This document shows positions 60,951-64,000 of a stretch of 64,000 nt of DNA, piece after piece (position 1 is the first letter of the stretch; each line of letters opens with the position of its first letter). The notes under the pieces are model-generated. The model did no database searches, was not told the origin of the DNA, and worked only from the letters and a program-made list of their open reading frames with translations. The DNA is from Macrostomum lignano. Taxonomy: Eukaryota. The stretch lies in contig NIVC01000995.1 of the NCBI GenBank assembly GCA_002269645.1, positions 248,001 to 312,000 of the forward strand, read 5' to 3'. The position numbers and the translations under genes were made by a program.

Positions 60951-61258
60951 TTGTAGCCTAGTGGTTAGAGCGTCGGACTTACGACTTGGAGGTCGGGGTT
61001 CGATTCTCGACATAACTTCGGACAATTTTTGTCCTTGAGCAAGACACTTAACTCTGCATTGCTGCAGTTCACCCAGCTGCAAAATGGGTGCCAGCATTAG
61101 CTGGGGTAATTGAGGGTGTGTGGCGATCCCCCAGTGTCCTTGGACTGAACAGCCGTACGCAGTCTTCAGATGCACCGCGCAATAGCTGCGGCTGAGCTGT
61201 CGGTTGCACATCTGCTTATTAGGGCAGGTGTAATAAATGATTATTATTATATTATAAA
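60950..61258 (+). mobile_element. tRNA-derived SINE family B with CORE/Meta-type central domain
   Basis: A-box TAGCCTAGTGG, B-box GGTTCGATTC, conserved-domain-like TCCTTGAGCAAGACACTTAAC...CACCCAGCTG.AAAATGGG, and (ATT)n tail. Confidence 0.8.
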
Positions 61259-61428
61259 TGAAGCAGTAAATGTGCGGCATTTTTGTTTTTTCTTCTCAAC
61301 TTCTGAAAACTGTATGCTCTATCGATGTTTGTCAGGAATTTAATAAGGGCAGGCATTATGCTTACATGTACACGAAGTTTTGCTTTGGTATAAATATTTC
61401 TTCAACTCCATTTCTCCATTTAACCCAG

Positions 61429-61478
61429 AGTTCAAGAAGATGCTGAGCCTGCTTCATCAGAGGGCAGCGCAGACATAG
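61429..61478 (+). CDS. Calmodulin-like last exon
   Basis: AACCCAG|; (E)FKKMLSLLHQRAAQT*; phase 1, completes EF-hand 4. Confidence 0.85.
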
Positions 61479-62107
61479 GAACTCGAGATTAAACGGACGG
61501 ATGGCTTGAAAATCGAAACCAATAAGTTTTTTGAAATGTTCACGCACAATTGTACACATTTTCTCTTATTTTGTTTTTATGCTGTTTCTTTAACTTCTGT
61601 TTATGAAATAAAAATCTCGAAGCATAAGTTTAATTTTTGTTATTTTAAGCACGAATCCCGACGTGCGCTCAAGGACTACTTGCGAGTAAGTAGCATATCG
61701 CAATTATTTGATTAAAGTATCCAATATCCCTACTCAGCGTCATGTAGTTTAGATGTTTGTTATACTTTTGTTAATCGGCTGCATGTTGCACTTCTTCGTT
61801 TCGTTATCGTTGAAAAATAATCTAAAAGTCCGGTCCGCAAGGCGCGTGTATTTGCCTGCTTTGCAATGCAACTTTTGATCAAATCTGAGAAAGTTATATC
61901 GAGCTTACAAATCTGCTTAAAAACCTTCGAGCAATTAAAAAATTCACAAAAATACCAGTACACCTGCTGTTCAAATAAAAACTAACGTAGCTTACTATTT
62001 TAAACAAACTGAATTAATTTAACTACATTTTATTAACGCTTGAAAAAAACCTGGTGTCATGTTATTGTCATTTTTTCATGCACAGTTTTTCAAAGCCAAT
62101 AGAATAT

Positions 62108-62468
62108 ATATTTTTTTTTATTAGAGGCAGGGGGGTTGTGTGCACCCTGGCGCACTTTAAGCGACATAGGCACACAACCGGCGAGAGGCATTACTGCCCA
62201 TTCCGCCGACTCCCCTGAGCAGGCATACAAGCGCGCGGATACGTTACGCAGGCACACACTCACACAGGAGTGTACAGCGGCCCTAACTTTATTTATCGTT
62301 AGGCATGTACACTTCACTGCGCCTTGGGGGGTTGGCTCTCAAGGCCGTTAATTGCACAAGCGAGCCAAGCCGAAATTCCAATTCAGCCCCAAATTAATGT
62401 GGCTGCACTTGGAATCGAGCCTGGGTCGCGGCACACCAGAGCAGCTGCGCTACCGCTGGGCTACGGCC
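62108..62468 (-). mobile_element. tRNA-derived SINE family A, near full length
   Basis: - strand head GGCCGTAGCCCAGCGGTAG...GGCTCGATTCC, family core, and A-rich tail at ~62110. Confidence 0.8.
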
Positions 62469-63926
62469 CCCCTCAATAGAATATATACTATATGGAAATA
62501 TGTCAGCTGTCCCCAAACGCTAACGGGCCTGACTGGGTAAAAAGTTTATGCTGTATACATTTACAATAGAATAAAACGGGGGTCAAGGTAATGACTATTT
62601 CCGATTTAGAGTGTTCAGACCCACTAATTAAGCCTATATAGATATACAGTAAGGCCTTCGTGACTTGATGTAGCTGCGGAAAAGCAAAACGAACCAAAGG
62701 GACTCCTGCTATCATCAATTAAGCAAATCGCAGACATCAAGATACAGTTCCACTAGAATTTCCTGCCAAATCAATCGCATGAAAATAAATCATATTGTCA
62801 TTGATATATTGCCAAATCAGTTATGGTGATGGCACTTGGTATCCGATGCATCTTACAATTCAGTGCTGGTAAAGAGAACGAATTCGTAATACATGTAACT
62901 TTATTTATAGTTTCTATACTATATACCTACTAGATACCGACAGACCATTTTTAGTATTTCTATACTAGTTTACATGGGGGTGGGTGCACGACAAAAGCTT
63001 AATTTCAGGCTAGCATAATATATGCGCGGCTTTCCTATTGGCCGGCGCGAAAACCAAATTGAAAAAACCAGAAATTATCGATTGCATTGTACATAGGCTT
63101 TACGAACGTACGTCACGCAATGTTGTCAAAATTCCTTGGGCATTACTATAAGCAGACGTTAGAGTACGAGACCATCAAATTAACAATATTATAGAATGGC
63201 ACTGCTTCTAGAAACGGCCCTTGTCGGGGCCACCTCAACTGACAACGTCACAGTATTGATTATTTTTACTTTTAGGTGGAGTGGTGGTATACGATAAATG
63301 AAGCATCTCGACAATAAAAATATGACTAGGTCGAGTGAAAAGAAGCATTATCCACGACGACACTTGACAAACCAGGCTATAAGAAAGTTCTTGAAATCTC
63401 GTAAGCCAATTCCCTCTTCAAAGCAGACGGCTTGTCTTCGGCTTGATCAAAGAATGAACTTGACAACCTCTCATCGCGAGAGAGTGACTGTTCAGGCATG
63501 AGGGCGAAATCCCTAATGAGCGAAGCAGGCCGACTGACAAGTCTTGTCGTCCAGAATGTACGTGTAATTAACGCACGAATTGAAGCCCAAGTTTTGTTCG
63601 GGGCTTTTCTATTAACGAATTTTCAGCTCAGAATGTCACCTCGATTTCCTGTGACACCGGTGCTTAAATCCCTGCTACACCTAATGAGCTGAAGGGGCAG
63701 TGCCGGAACGAGAGTGAGATGGGCCAAGAAAGTGTTAAACATCCACAGCGGATTCGCAGCAAAGGGAAATGATTTTGAATGAGATCAGATAGGAAATTCA
63801 ATGCGTCATCAAGTATCCTGATAGGCTACTCAATTATTCAAATACTCAAATAATCTCTTTCGTCGGCTGAAGCATCTTTGAGATTATGCGTGTAGTAGAC
63901 AAAATATGAAATGATTTATACCAGCT

Positions 63927-64000
63927 TTATTCCAATTGACTTTGCATTAGATGGATAATATAAATTATTCCAATTGACTTTGCATTAGATGGATAATATA
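63927..64000. repeat. 36-bp direct repeat x2 (period 38), runs to the window edge
   Basis: TTATTCCAATTGACTTTGCATTAGATGGATAATATA occurs twice. Confidence 0.85.

Noticed and set aside
60950-61020. Possible tRNA gene
   Set aside because: A/B boxes are present but the anticodon arm does not pair properly, and the sequence continues into a SINE body and (ATT)n tail.
63283-63720. Possible exon after TTTTAG at ~63276 and two short ORFs
   Set aside because: All frames close quickly and nothing is recognisable; cannot be evaluated at the window edge.

Overview
Animal (metazoan) genomic DNA. GC-rich coding islands, intronless GPCRs, polyQ tracts and dense minisatellites suggest a free-living flatworm such as Macrostomum; this assignment is inference only. 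Host genes: an intronless invertebrate D1-type dopamine receptor (- strand, ~0.2-1.6 kb), a single-exon PET100 homolog (15.0 kb), an intronless orphan rhodopsin-type GPCR (25.5-26.9 kb), a five-exon, strongly divergent Wnt of 444 aa (36.8-43.2 kb, exons assembled by hand) and a multi-exon four-EF-hand calmodulin-like gene (~56-61.5 kb). Mobile DNA: a decayed Mag-type Ty3/Gypsy element; an intact 4.3-kb Mag-type element with identical 213-bp LTRs and a 5-bp TSD; an internally deleted hAT element with an 8-bp TSD; a three-level nest (RTE-like LINE > RNase H LINE > 2.6-kb TIR element); two tRNA-derived SINE families; and a modular, Helitron-like repeat family. About 15 tandem arrays are present. 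Most notable: (1) the Wnt has lost the conserved WCC Frizzled-contact fingertip and gained a polybasic insert and an extra Cys pair; (2) its first intron is almost entirely ~47 tandem copies of a branch point/pyrimidine tract/AG module; (3) a SINE has its Pol III A-box amplified ~17-fold; (4) the calmodulin-like protein may carry its own CaM-target-like helix. Boundaries marked ~ are approximate. No database searches were run.
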